In this document: positions 1 through 9,431 of the stretch, piece after piece | Numbering within the stretch: position 1 is the first letter of the stretch | Layout: each line of letters opens with the position of its first letter | Source of the DNA: Methanothrix sp. | Lineage (GTDB): Archaea > Halobacteriota > Methanosarcinia > Methanotrichales > Methanotrichaceae | Direction: 5' to 3' | DNA: 39,893 bases | Assembly (NCBI GenBank): GCA_040770465.1 | Contig: JAXGJB010000025.1 | Location: 1-39,893 of the forward strand | Program-made: the position numbers and the translations under genes | The notes under the pieces: generated by a model | What the model was told of the DNA's origin: nothing | What the model saw: only the letters and a program-made list of their open reading frames with translations | Database searches by the model: none

Positions 1-88
1 GCGAATGGTCATCTCCGAAACGGATAATCACCATCTCCGAAAAGGCTATATTCTGCGGCCGCCTCACGCCGATGAGGAGGTCAGCCGG

Positions 89-628
89 TTGAAGGAGATT
101 CGATTTCACGGCCGGGGTGGCCAGGGAGCTGTTACTGCTGCAGAGTTGATAGCGATTGCGGCTTTTGAAGATAAAAAGTACTCCCAGGCTTTTCCCGCCT
201 TTGGTGTGGAGCGGCGAGGCGCTCCAGTCATGGCTTTTGCCCGAATTGCAAACGAGCCGATCCGGGTCAGGAGCCAGATCTACGAGCCTGATTACGTCAT
301 AGTTCAGGACGTTACCTTGCTCGACGTCGTCGACTTGGCGAGCGGCCTTAAGCCCGAGGGGAAGATAATAATCAACACCGACAAGAGCGCCAAAGACCTG
401 TTGCTGAAGACGAAGGCGGAGATCGTCACCATCGACGCCACCAGGATCGCCCTCGAGAAGCTGGGAAGGCCCATCGTCAACACCACCATGCTTGGCGCCT
501 TCTGTGGCGCCACCGGTGAGGTGAGCCTCGAGAGCATAAACAAGGCCATCTTGGGCAGGTTCAGTGGAGCCCTCGGGGAGAAGAACCTCGACGCCATAAA
601 GACCGCTTACAAGGGGGTTTCTCGATGA
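89..628 (+). CDS. porG: Pyruvate:ferredoxin oxidoreductase gamma subunit
   Basis: [14 protein letters not shown] and [10 protein letters not shown] motifs; TTG start at 89 after GAGGAGG preferred over ORF start 5. Confidence 0.93.
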   Translation: MKEIRFHGRGGQGAVTAAELIAIAAFEDKKYSQAFPAFGVERRGAPVMAFARIANEPIRVRSQIYEPDYVIVQDVTLLDVVDLASGLKPEGKIIINTDKSAKDLLLKTKAEIVTIDATRIALEKLGRPIVNTTMLGAFCGATGEVSLESINKAILGRFSGALGEKNLDAIKTAYKGVSR

Positions 629-885
629 GCAAATGCGAAGTTAAGATGGTGGTGGAGCCGGGGAGCACCGAGATCACCAAGACCGGTGCCTGGAGAACTT
701 TTGTGCCCGTCTTCGATCACGACAAGTGCATCAAGTGCAGCCTCTGCGAGATCTACTGTCCCGAGAGCTGCATCCACCAGATCGAGGGCAACTTTGTCCC
801 AGATCTGGACTTTTGCAAGGGGTGCAGCGTCTGCGCCCACGAGTGCCCGCGGGGAGCGATCACCATGGTTCTGGAGGAGAAGTAG
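625..885 (+). CDS. porD: Pyruvate:ferredoxin oxidoreductase delta subunit (2x4Fe-4S)
   Basis: KTGAWRT; [12 protein letters not shown] and [12 protein letters not shown]; ATGA overlap with porG. Confidence 0.93.
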   Translation: MSKCEVKMVVEPGSTEITKTGAWRTFVPVFDHDKCIKCSLCEIYCPESCIHQIEGNFVPDLDFCKGCSVCAHECPRGAITMVLEEK

Positions 886-2064
886 ATGAGGAGAGTGGTG
901 GAAGGATCTTATGCGATAGCCGACGCCGTCCGGTGTTGCTCGCCCGACGTAGTATCGGTATATCCGATCACGCCTCAGACCCACATCGTGGAGCACCTAT
1001 CGGAGTTCGTCGCCGACGGAAAGCTCGACTGCGAGTACATCAACGTCGAGTCGGAGTTCTCCTCCCTCTCGTCTCTCATCGGGGCGAGCGTTGCGGGGGC
1101 GAGGACCTACACCTCGACGACTTCTCAGGGCCTCGCCCTGATGTTCGAGGTCCTCTACAACGTCTCGGGGATGCGCCTGCCCATCGTCATGACGACGGTC
1201 AATAGATCCCTCAGCGCCCCCCTTTCCATCTGGAACGATCAGCAGGACTCTCTGGGCGTCAGGGACTCGGGCTGGATCCAGATCTACGCCGAGAACGTCC
1301 AGGAGGCGATCGACCTCACGCCCATGCTCTATAAGATCTCCGAGGACCCACAGATACTTACGCCTTCCATGGTCTGCATGGACGGTTTCATCTTAACCCA
1401 CGTCTACGAGCCGGTGGACTTTCTGGACGAGGAGATGGTCCGAGAGTTTCTGCCACCTTATCGGCCGGAGCATATCCTGGACCCGGAGAACCCCAAGACC
1501 TTTGGGGCCTTCGCCGACCCCAGCTGGTTCACCGAGTTTAAGTACCTCCAGTACCAGGCGATGGAGAGGTCGAGAGAGAAGATCGCAGAGGTCACCCGGG
1601 AGTTCGAGGAGGTCTTCGGCAGGGGTTACGGCGGCCTCATCGACACCTACGCCATGGACGACGCCGAGATAGCTCTGGTCACCATGGGCTCGATCGTCGG
1701 AACGGTCAAGGAGGCGATCGATGACCTTCGGTCCGAAGGGGTGAAGGTGGGTCTGGTCAAGATCAGAAGCTATCGGCCGTTCCCAGGGGACGAGCTGAAG
1801 AGGGCGCTCAAGGATGCAAGCGTCATTGCGTCGATAGAGAAGGACATCTCCATGGGGTATGAGGGCGCCCTTCTCACCGACCTGAAGGGGGCGTTCTACA
1901 ACAGCTCCATCAGGACCCCCATCATCGGGTTTGCGGTGGGGCTCGGAGGGCGGGACATCGGGATCAAGCACGTAAGAGCGATGGTCGAGCGGGCGTCGAG
2001 GGTGTTGGATGCAGGGATAGAGTCGGAGTTTGAGATCTTCGACGTGAAGCCAGAGTGTCTCTAG
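886..2064 (+). CDS. porA: Pyruvate:ferredoxin oxidoreductase alpha subunit
   Basis: YPITPQT, ESEF, TTSQGL motifs; operon position. Confidence 0.95.
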   Translation: MRRVVEGSYAIADAVRCCSPDVVSVYPITPQTHIVEHLSEFVADGKLDCEYINVESEFSSLSSLIGASVAGARTYTSTTSQGLALMFEVLYNVSGMRLPIVMTTVNRSLSAPLSIWNDQQDSLGVRDSGWIQIYAENVQEAIDLTPMLYKISEDPQILTPSMVCMDGFILTHVYEPVDFLDEEMVREFLPPYRPEHILDPENPKTFGAFADPSWFTEFKYLQYQAMERSREKIAEVTREFEEVFGRGYGGLIDTYAMDDAEIALVTMGSIVGTVKEAIDDLRSEGVKVGLVKIRSYRPFPGDELKRALKDASVIASIEKDISMGYEGALLTDLKGAFYNSSIRTPIIGFAVGLGGRDIGIKHVRAMVERASRVLDAGIESEFEIFDVKPECL

Positions 2065-2074
2065 GAGGATTATC

Positions 2075-2953
2075 ATGCAAGAGAGTTTGTTTGCACCCGG
2101 CCACAGGGCCTGTGCAGGATGTGGAATGCCCACGGCTATAAAGCTCGTCCTGGACGCCGCGGGGCCCAACACCATAGTCGCCTCGCCCACGGGATGCCTC
2201 GAGGTCACATCGACCCCCTTCCCGGAGAGCTCCTGGAGGGTGCCCTGGGTTCACTCCCTCTTCGAGAACCCCGCGGCTGTAGCCTCGGGAGTTGAGGTCG
2301 CCCTCAAGAGGTTTGGAAAGACCGATACGAACGTCCTGGTCATCGGAGGCGACGGATCCACCTTCGATATAGGGATTGGGGCCATCTCCGGGATGTTCGA
2401 CCGGGGTCATCGGATCACCTATGTCTGCTACGACAATGAGGCCTACATGAACACCGGAGTCCAGAGGAGCGGATCGACCCCCTTCTGCGCCAAGACGACG
2501 ACGACGCCGACGGGAAAGCTCAGCCTTGGAAACCCCCGGCCCAAAAAGGATATGGCGGCCATAGCCGTCGCCCATGGAGTTCCTTATGTGGCCACGGCGT
2601 CCATCGCCTACCCCGTTGACCTTCGGCGGAAGGTGAAGAGGTCTCTTGAGGCCGACGGGCCCGCATATATCCAGATCAACGCCCCCTGTATCACAGGGTG
2701 GAGCTTCGAGGCTGGAGATACCATTGAGCAAGCGAGGCTCGTCGTCGAGACCTGCCTCTTGCCTTTATGCGAGTACGTCGACGGGGTCCTAACAGACGTA
2801 AAGAAGATCCGGAGGAAGAAGCCCGTCGAGGAGTACCTCAAGACCCAGGGGAGGTTCAAACACCTCTTCAGGGCCGAGGGAGGCGCCGAGGTGGTCGCCC
2901 AGCTTCAGGCGATGGCCGACGCCAACGCCGAGAAGTACGGCCTCATCGACTGA
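2075..2953 (+). CDS. porB: Pyruvate:ferredoxin oxidoreductase beta subunit (TPP-binding)
   Basis: GHRACAGCG, GGDG...DNEAYMNTG; AGGAGG RBS. Confidence 0.95.
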   Translation: MQESLFAPGHRACAGCGMPTAIKLVLDAAGPNTIVASPTGCLEVTSTPFPESSWRVPWVHSLFENPAAVASGVEVALKRFGKTDTNVLVIGGDGSTFDIGIGAISGMFDRGHRITYVCYDNEAYMNTGVQRSGSTPFCAKTTTTPTGKLSLGNPRPKKDMAAIAVAHGVPYVATASIAYPVDLRRKVKRSLEADGPAYIQINAPCITGWSFEAGDTIEQARLVVETCLLPLCEYVDGVLTDVKKIRRKKPVEEYLKTQGRFKHLFRAEGGAEVVAQLQAMADANAEKYGLID

Positions 2954-2965
2954 GGACTGGATGCC

Positions 2966-2991
2966 CCTCTCCTCAAAACTTTTTTTTGGAG
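2966..2991 (+). terminator. Oligo-T tract, probable archaeal terminator of the por operon
   Basis: T8 run about 27 nt after the porB stop. Confidence 0.4.
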
Positions 2992-2998
2992 ATGGAAG

Positions 2999-3604
2999 AT
3001 GTACGTCGGAAGGATCGTGGTCATAGGCAGGACGAAAGATCGATCCTGGGTCGGGTATAGGGTGTCTTCCCGCTCCTTTCCTAATCGGCGGGCCCAGGTC
3101 AGAGGCAAATCCGTCCTGGTATCGCCCGTGGACCTGAAGGACCTGGAGAAGAACCCCTACATAGCCTACAACTGCATCCGCCTGTCAGGGAAGGCGGCGG
3201 TCGTCGCCAACGGAACCCAGGCCGACATGATCGCAGAGAAGATCGATGACGGAATGAGGCCCCTCGACGCTATAGCCCTCAGCCTGACGGCCTACGGCTA
3301 CGAGAGGGATGAGCTGGACACCCCGCGGATCGCCGGGGTCGTGATGGGGGTCCGGGGGTGGCTTGGGATCGCGAAGAACGGCGAGATCAGGACGAAGGAG
3401 TTCGACCTCTCCGAAGAGTCCGCCTTTCTGGTCGCCACCTACGAGAAGACGGAGTTTGAGGCCGCGGGAGTTGTGGGCGAGAGCGCTGAGGAGATAGCGA
3501 AGGCGGCCTACGGCCTGGTTTTCGAGCGGCCGGTCTGCTCGGCGGCGGCCTTCGAGGAGGAGGGCGGCTTCGAGGTCGCGGTCTACAACCCAGAGCCTGA
3601 GTGA
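2999..3604 (+). CDS. purO: Archaeal IMP cyclohydrolase
   Basis: MYVGR, YRVSSRSFPNR, NPYIAYNC, YERDELDTPRIAG. Confidence 0.93.
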   Translation: MYVGRIVVIGRTKDRSWVGYRVSSRSFPNRRAQVRGKSVLVSPVDLKDLEKNPYIAYNCIRLSGKAAVVANGTQADMIAEKIDDGMRPLDAIALSLTAYGYERDELDTPRIAGVVMGVRGWLGIAKNGEIRTKEFDLSEESAFLVATYEKTEFEAAGVVGESAEEIAKAAYGLVFERPVCSAAAFEEEGGFEVAVYNPEPE

Positions 3605-3640
3605 AAATATGAAATTGCTCATTTTTGAGGAGTGGACGGG

Positions 3641-4531
3641 ATGGATATAAACGGCGTAGAGATCGAGGATACCTTTGCAGAGGGCTTTCCGATAAAGGTG
3701 GGGAGAGTTCTGGTAACGGCGATCACCGAGAGGTGGGCGATGGAGGCGGCTCGGGAGGCGACGGGCTTTGGGACCTCTGTGATCATGTGCCCGGCAGAGG
3801 CCGGGATAGAGCGACTAGCGAGGAGGGACGAGACCCCGGACGGGAGGCCCGGCGTCTACATCCAGATCTGCAACATGAGCTTCAAGAACCTGGAGAACTC
3901 ACTCCTCTCCCGGATCGGCCAGTGCGTCCTCACCGCCCCCACCACGGCGGTATTCAACGGCATCCCCGAGGCGGAGAAGCAGTTTGACACCGGAGCGAAG
4001 CTGAAGTTCTTCGGAGACGGCTTTCAGAAGGAGATGGCCTACTGCGAGCGGGGGGTCTGCAGCATCCCGGTGATGTCCGGCGACTTCATCGTGGAAGAAA
4101 AAATAGGCGCCGTCGACGGGATCGCCGGAGGAAACTTCTACATCATGGCCGAGAACCAGGCCTCCGCCCTCATGGCCGCCGAGGCGGCCGTCGACGCCAT
4201 ACGGGAGGAGGAGGGGACGATCACGCCCTTCCCCGGCGGGGTCGTCGCCAGCGGCTCGAAGGTGGGGAGCCGCTACAAGTTCCTGAAGGCATCGACGAAC
4301 GAGAGGTTCTGCCCCACCCTCAAGGACGATGGGGTCTGCATCCTCCCGCCTTCCATCCGGGCCTCTTACGAGGTCGTGATCAACGGGGTCGACCGGGAGG
4401 CGATCGAGAGGTCGATGCGGGCGGGGATCATGGCCGCCTGCACGGTTCCGGGCGTCGTCAAGATCTCGGCCGGGAACTTCGAGGGGAAGCTCGGACCGCA
4501 CCTCTTCAAGCTGCACGAGATCCTGGGGTAG
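3641..4531 (+). CDS. ftr: Formylmethanofuran:tetrahydromethanopterin formyltransferase
   Basis: INGVEIEDTFAE, ATGFGTSVIMCPAEAG, TPDGRPG, SAGNFEGKLG; start 3641 or 3632. Confidence 0.95.
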   Translation: MDINGVEIEDTFAEGFPIKVGRVLVTAITERWAMEAAREATGFGTSVIMCPAEAGIERLARRDETPDGRPGVYIQICNMSFKNLENSLLSRIGQCVLTAPTTAVFNGIPEAEKQFDTGAKLKFFGDGFQKEMAYCERGVCSIPVMSGDFIVEEKIGAVDGIAGGNFYIMAENQASALMAAEAAVDAIREEEGTITPFPGGVVASGSKVGSRYKFLKASTNERFCPTLKDDGVCILPPSIRASYEVVINGVDREAIERSMRAGIMAACTVPGVVKISAGNFEGKLGPHLFKLHEILG

Positions 4532-4557
4532 GGAACGCCCCGGGACCCAGTTATTTT

Positions 4558-4803
4558 TTATATGCAATTTAGAAGTTCGATGAACCTATCTTTCGATAAG
4601 TCGGCCTGTTTGAGAATGGCCATCAGAGTACCTCTTGGCAGCCTATCGCTCTTCGGCACGATGACCAGAAGTTTGCGGCCGGTTTCATCGATCTTGTAAA
4701 ATGCGGCGTGGCTGCCCTTGCCGCGCTTCGGGGCGGTTTCGAACCCTTCCTTTCTGAGAACCTTTATAATGTCGTCTGAGGAGACCAAGGGCAGCCTTTT
4801 CAT
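4558..4803 (-). CDS. hicA: HicA-family mRNA interferase toxin
   Basis: LP..S..IIKVL...GF...RGKGSH...VP....LPRGTL.AILKQA pattern. Confidence 0.88.
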   Translation of the reverse strand: MKRLPLVSSDDIIKVLRKEGFETAPKRGKGSHAAFYKIDETGRKLLVIVPKSDRLPRGTLMAILKQADLSKDRFIELLNCI

Positions 4804-5036
4804 GTGGTTACCTCGATCATCGAGGTAAATTTGTGAGGGGATGAAATGGCCGCCTCCAGATCGTCCATGAGGCCCAGCTCTTCGGCGTTCTCCAGGTAAA
4901 GTTCCACAGCTTCTTTCAGGTTATTGAGGGCTTCTTCGGGAGTACTTCCAAAGCTTGCGACCTCCAGCTCCGGACATTTGGAGACGTAGGCACCCTCCTC
5001 TTCCCAGATGGTGACGGTCAGATTAACCTTCTTCAT
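4800..5036 (-). CDS. hicB: HicB-family antitoxin (short, no C-terminal DNA-binding domain)
   Basis: EEGAYVSKCPELEVASFGSTPEEALNNLKEAVELYLE; 4-nt overlap with hicA. Confidence 0.88.
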   Translation of the reverse strand: MKKVNLTVTIWEEEGAYVSKCPELEVASFGSTPEEALNNLKEAVELYLENAEELGLMDDLEAAISSPHKFTSMIEVTT

Positions 5037-5134
5037 ATCTCGATCTCCATGCAGCTCTTTACAGGTCATAGCTTAAATGTACTTTTATACCGATTGATCG
5101 AACAGGACAGCTCAAAGGGGCCATAACCTCGCCC

Positions 5135-5461
5135 TCAAACTGCCACCACTTCCTTCAGGATGGCCTCTCCGATTCCGGGTTTTAGGGTCTTTTTCATCAC
5201 CAGATCCACCTTGACTCCCATCTTATCCCCCAGCTCTCTTTCGAGCCGGATGAGCTCCCAGAGGGTGGGTGATCTGTCGAACTCCACCAGGATATCGAGA
5301 TCACTCTCCGTATCCGCCTCGCCCCTGACGTAAGAGCCGAAGATGCCCAGACTCTTCACGCTGCGGCGCTCGGCGAGATCGGGCATCATCTCTCTGAGTG
5401 TCCGGACGATTTCGTCGAGAGAGGGGCGATCTGGATCTGTCTTTTGGGACTCATCGGTCAT
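5135..5461 (-). CDS. Minimal nucleotidyltransferase (MNT) antitoxin-like protein
   Basis: IFGSYVRGE...SDLDILVEF...KVDLV. Confidence 0.88.
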   Translation of the reverse strand: MTDESQKTDPDRPSLDEIVRTLREMMPDLAERRSVKSLGIFGSYVRGEADTESDLDILVEFDRSPTLWELIRLERELGDKMGVKVDLVMKKTLKPGIGEAILKEVVAV

Positions 5462-5500
5462 GGTATCAGCAGCTTATTCCGTCGATTCCATCAGCGAAGA

Positions 5501-6748
5501 TCAATACAGACTGACGGCTTTGCGATAGGCAGCATTTGATTCGGCATACCTGCCCAGGGCATCCAGGGCGATGGCCTTGTTCTCCCAGGCCATTGCCAAG
5601 TCTTCATCGATAAGAATGGCATGGTCAAAGTACTCGATGGACTCATTGTAGAGGCCCATTTCGGCAAGGGCGCAGCCTTTGCCGTTCCAGGCCAGGGCAT
5701 AAAGCGGATCGAATTCTATGGCTCTGTCGTAGCAGTAGATGGCTTCCTCGTACCTGGTGAGATTATAGTATTCCATTCCTTCGAAAAACCACACGGAAGC
5801 CATTGAGCGATTTATCGCCCTGACCTCGTAGGCTTCGATGTCCTCGAACTCGTCGATGGTCAATCTCACGGACTCGCCGACCGATGAGAAATGATCCCCC
5901 CGGACTATTCTGAACTCACAGGGCCTTCCGATCTCTCTGGCATAGTCGGCCAGATATTCGTTCAACTCCACATATCCGATATCCTCTTCTGCCACATATA
6001 CAAAAAGCGGCTTTATAATGCTATCTGGATACTCGATGGGGGATCTGAGGGCGATCTCTTCTGGATTATTTGAGTCGAACGGAATTATTCTATCAAAAGA
6101 TAAGAAGAACAATTCCTGATCTGGTGAACCGCTATAGGAGGCATGAGCCCTGTACTTCGATGGCATCATCGATACCAGCATCGACAACGTTCCCCCGACG
6201 CTGTGACCGCATAGGAATATCCTCTCTTCGTCCACGTAGGAGACGTTGGCGAGATAATCGCCTGCGGCAATTAAATCGTCCACCTCTCCATAAAAAAACT
6301 CAAAATAGCCGGGATTTCCGTTCTCCCCCCTGAGCATGGGCGCCATTAGCACGAAGCCCTGATCCAGGAACTGCTGCATCATCGCCCATTCGTCCGCCCC
6401 GCCGAAAGAGAAGCCTCCGTGGGCATAAACCACGGCTGGGTGCTTTTTTCCATCGGCGGGGTCGGCGGAGATCCAGGCTTTGAGCAGCAGGTCTCCGGAG
6501 TGGTATAATATCTCTTCCACTCCGGCCGGTGGAGTCTCATTTCGGTAATTCTGGGGTGCGGGGACGTGATGGATCAGATTCGTCTCAAAGTTGGACCTGT
6601 CCAGGTAAAATCTGCTCTCGCTTTGATTCATCAATGACGCATTGATGTCGATCTCCATGCTGATGTTGCCGACGCCATCCGTGGCCGAAGCGCTGGATAT
6701 CGCCAGCGCTGATATAATTACGACTAAGACAAATTCTGGTAATCTCAT
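5501..6748 (-). CDS. Secreted S9-like alpha/beta hydrolase with C-terminal TPR repeats
   Basis: Signal peptide (MRLPEFVLVVIISALAISSASA), HGG oxyanion motif, GHSVGG nucleophile, GDHF; about 3 TPRs (YEEAIYCYDRAIE, AWNGKG, AWENKA). Confidence 0.8.
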   Translation of the reverse strand: MRLPEFVLVVIISALAISSASATDGVGNISMEIDINASLMNQSESRFYLDRSNFETNLIHHVPAPQNYRNETPPAGVEEILYHSGDLLLKAWISADPADGKKHPAVVYAHGGFSFGGADEWAMMQQFLDQGFVLMAPMLRGENGNPGYFEFFYGEVDDLIAAGDYLANVSYVDEERIFLCGHSVGGTLSMLVSMMPSKYRAHASYSGSPDQELFFLSFDRIIPFDSNNPEEIALRSPIEYPDSIIKPLFVYVAEEDIGYVELNEYLADYAREIGRPCEFRIVRGDHFSSVGESVRLTIDEFEDIEAYEVRAINRSMASVWFFEGMEYYNLTRYEEAIYCYDRAIEFDPLYALAWNGKGCALAEMGLYNESIEYFDHAILIDEDLAMAWENKAIALDALGRYAESNAAYRKAVSLY

Positions 6749-7267
6749 TTCGATCAGCCTTCCCACGACTGAATCTATTTTTGTAATGATCAATATTGGA
6801 TTATAAACTTTTTGGTGGCGTGCTGCAACTCTGCCTCAATTAAATTTTATATCATATTTATTAAAAGTACATTGGGTGTCCAGGAGGTGCGGCCGGGAGC
6901 AGAGAATATAAATTATTGTCGAGGATGAAGCTGTCCGGGTCGGAGTATCAAAAACCGGGAATGGCGATGAGATGAGATCAAGATAGATCCAAAAAGAGGA
7001 AGAACAGAGGATCTTGAGAGTCAGCGATCATGAGGATGCGAAGATCCGTTCTGACGCCTCGTTCAGATCTTTGAGCGTCCACCATCTACCGGCTCGCCAC
7101 AGCCTCATTTCCAGCTCGGCGCATCCGGAGGTGTATGACGCCGAGCCGCCCGATGACTTCGCTCCGGAATACCATTAAATAATAGGGATAGTAATAAGAG
7201 GCCCTCAGGGCGATAGAGGCCCTCAGGATAATCCGAGAAAGAGATCTCAAAAGCCGTTCGGGGCGAT

Positions 7268-8140
7268 ATGATGAGTTTCAAATCAATCATCCGTATCTTT
7301 CTATTACTCTCCATCCTCGCCGTCTCCCTGCAGCCGTCCTGCTCCCAGAACGAGACGGCGGAAGCCGACCTTGAGATAGAGGAGCCCACCTGGCTCCTGG
7401 TGACGAGGATCTCTCCATCCTACTCGAAAGATCTCGTCGCCGATTTCGAGGCCCTTACAGCCGGCCTTGAGGTTCCTGAGCATCTTATGAATGATGCCGC
7501 CGAGAAGGCCGAGGGGGACTTCGACGTCAACCTCTACTTCACCGTCCTGGACCGGCTCTCCATGAGACGAGGGCGGGTTCTCGACTACGTCTACAATTAT
7601 GCCGGGATCGGAGGCGCCCCGGTCCTCTACGCCAGGAAGGCCGTAGCGGCCCCTTACGGGAACCGTTCCGAGTACCTCGCCGCTGAGCCCTCCGCTGAGG
7701 AGGCGGATAGGGAGGACTATTACCTCAGTTTCGTCTCCACCGACGGATCGTCGGAGGGGTTCTTCCAGCTCGTCCTCCTCATCATCCAGGGGGAGCAGTT
7801 CTACCAGTTCTGGCACGCGGCCTACAACGACGATCGGATCGTCTCGGACCTGGAGGACGCCCGGGCCATCCTGACCCGCCCGACCAGCCCGACCTGCTTG
7901 ACCGGCTGGGTCGGCGAGGATAACGCCACCGTCGAGGAGCTTCTGGATGAGGTCGCCGGGATCGATCTTGCTCCCATCGTCTCCATGAACGGAGATATGG
8001 TGAAAGTCGAGGTGGTCGTCTTCACCAAGTGGGGCGGTTTCGTCAGGAGGAGCATGATCATGGAGGAGGATTATCCCCACCTGATCCTCGAGGAGAGGTC
8101 GGAGGTCCTGGTCCCCTACGACTGCGGGATCATGTTCTGA
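7268..8140 (+). CDS. Secreted hypothetical protein
   Basis: N-terminal hydrophobic signal, acidic composition, host-like codon usage; FWHAAYND and FTKWGG segments. Confidence 0.7.
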   Translation: MMSFKSIIRIFLLLSILAVSLQPSCSQNETAEADLEIEEPTWLLVTRISPSYSKDLVADFEALTAGLEVPEHLMNDAAEKAEGDFDVNLYFTVLDRLSMRRGRVLDYVYNYAGIGGAPVLYARKAVAAPYGNRSEYLAAEPSAEEADREDYYLSFVSTDGSSEGFFQLVLLIIQGEQFYQFWHAAYNDDRIVSDLEDARAILTRPTSPTCLTGWVGEDNATVEELLDEVAGIDLAPIVSMNGDMVKVEVVVFTKWGGFVRRSMIMEEDYPHLILEERSEVLVPYDCGIMF

Positions 8141-8274
8141 GAAGAAGCCGGCTGGGTTGGGGCGCGGATCAGAGCACCGCCCGCCCGTTCGGTGGCGGGT
8201 GACCGGGCGCCGCCGCCGCCGAGGCCGCCCGAAGACGCCGGGGTCGTTTACTGGGTGGTTTCGGCCCCGTTCTT

Positions 8275-9060
8275 TCATTCCTTCCGATAAAGGGCCCCGC
8301 TCCGCTCGATCTTCTTTTCCACCCTCTCCCATTCCTTTGTCGTGAGGAAGCTCTCCTCCATGTACCCGACCACCTTCTCGAACCTCTTCATGGGGAAGGC
8401 CATGGTCAGGACGTCGAGGGGGACGCAGGGGCGGGCCGACGGATCGAACATCCCCAGGACGACCTTCGGCTCGTCCTTCGCCTCGTCTTTCTGCTCTTCG
8501 AGCCAGGGACGGAGGATGATGGAGCTGCATCCTGCGCCCATGGGGCAGATGACGCCGTTCGGATCGCTCTGGTCGAAGTTGGCGAGGGTGAAGAGACCGG
8601 AGAGGACCTCGGGTCGGGCGAAGAAGATCACCACCTCGGGCGCGTCCGCATCCGTTAGCTGGTCCCACCTTGTGAAGTGCATCTCCTTTCCAGCCGAAGA
8701 GATCTCGGGGATTTTCTCCTCCCAGAGATCGACGATCTCGGGGGTCTGTTTAAACCTCTCCCCTTCGAGGACGCCCGGCTTGCCGTAGGAGAGGAAGTAG
8801 CGGAAGTCGGGATAGCGCTCCGCTGAATATCCCGAATACATGCGCCCTCCCGGGCAGGAGATCGATTTCTCATCGAAGACGAGGGGCGTCCCACCCCTCG
8901 CCCGGTTGAGCTGGCAGATGAGGCAGCTATGGCCGTCGGGCGGCGGGACCTTCTGCACGTCGCTGGATTCATCCCGGAACTCCAGGGTTATGGGAAGTTC
9001 TGCCCCCGGAAAATACCTCTGCCATAATGCGGTGAACCGATCTCGGAGTACGATGTCCAT
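8275..9060 (-). CDS. DUF169-family protein
   Basis: CLIC...ISCPGG, GAGC, GMFDPSAR pattern. Confidence 0.75.
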   Translation of the reverse strand: MDIVLRDRFTALWQRYFPGAELPITLEFRDESSDVQKVPPPDGHSCLICQLNRARGGTPLVFDEKSISCPGGRMYSGYSAERYPDFRYFLSYGKPGVLEGERFKQTPEIVDLWEEKIPEISSAGKEMHFTRWDQLTDADAPEVVIFFARPEVLSGLFTLANFDQSDPNGVICPMGAGCSSIILRPWLEEQKDEAKDEPKVVLGMFDPSARPCVPLDVLTMAFPMKRFEKVVGYMEESFLTTKEWERVEKKIERSGALYRKE

Positions 9061-9431
9061 ATTAGATCAAATATCTTTTATCTATAAGCATTTTATCATT
9101 CAACCGACCTGGTGGATTGGAGAAGATGAGCGCGAAAGGAGGGCGGGCCGGAGGCCGGGCGGCGCCGCCATCGGGGCCGCCCGGAGGGAGCCGGGGGCGT
9201 CGGAGAGCGCGGCGGGGAGCTTTGGAGGAAGGAAGTGGGGGGCCGGGCTTCCTGCAATGCGCAATTATGGGGGGCGGGGAACGGCGCGGGTCGGAGGTCG
9301 TCTGGTATTTCAAGAGGCTGTAAAGCTCGATATGCTGGCGTCCTTTCGTAAGGAGAGGCATTTTCTGGAGGCTGTACCAAAATGCTTAAATTTTAATAAC
9401 TATCTCAGATATCAAGGTTGTGATAAATAAG

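Noticed and set aside
5-88. N-terminal extensions in the ORF track for porG (also cas7, cas6, subtilase, moaA)
   Set aside because: Downstream starts fit RBS position and family N-termini better
7304-8668. 454-aa minus-strand ORF and similar long shadow ORFs (1393, 1964, 28502, 36231, 37773)
   Set aside because: Antisense or alternate-frame shadows of GC-rich genes
9062-9430. Pro/Arg-rich ORFs and a possible CreTA-like element upstream of cas1
   Set aside because: Low-complexity GC patch; no convincing pseudo-repeat pair
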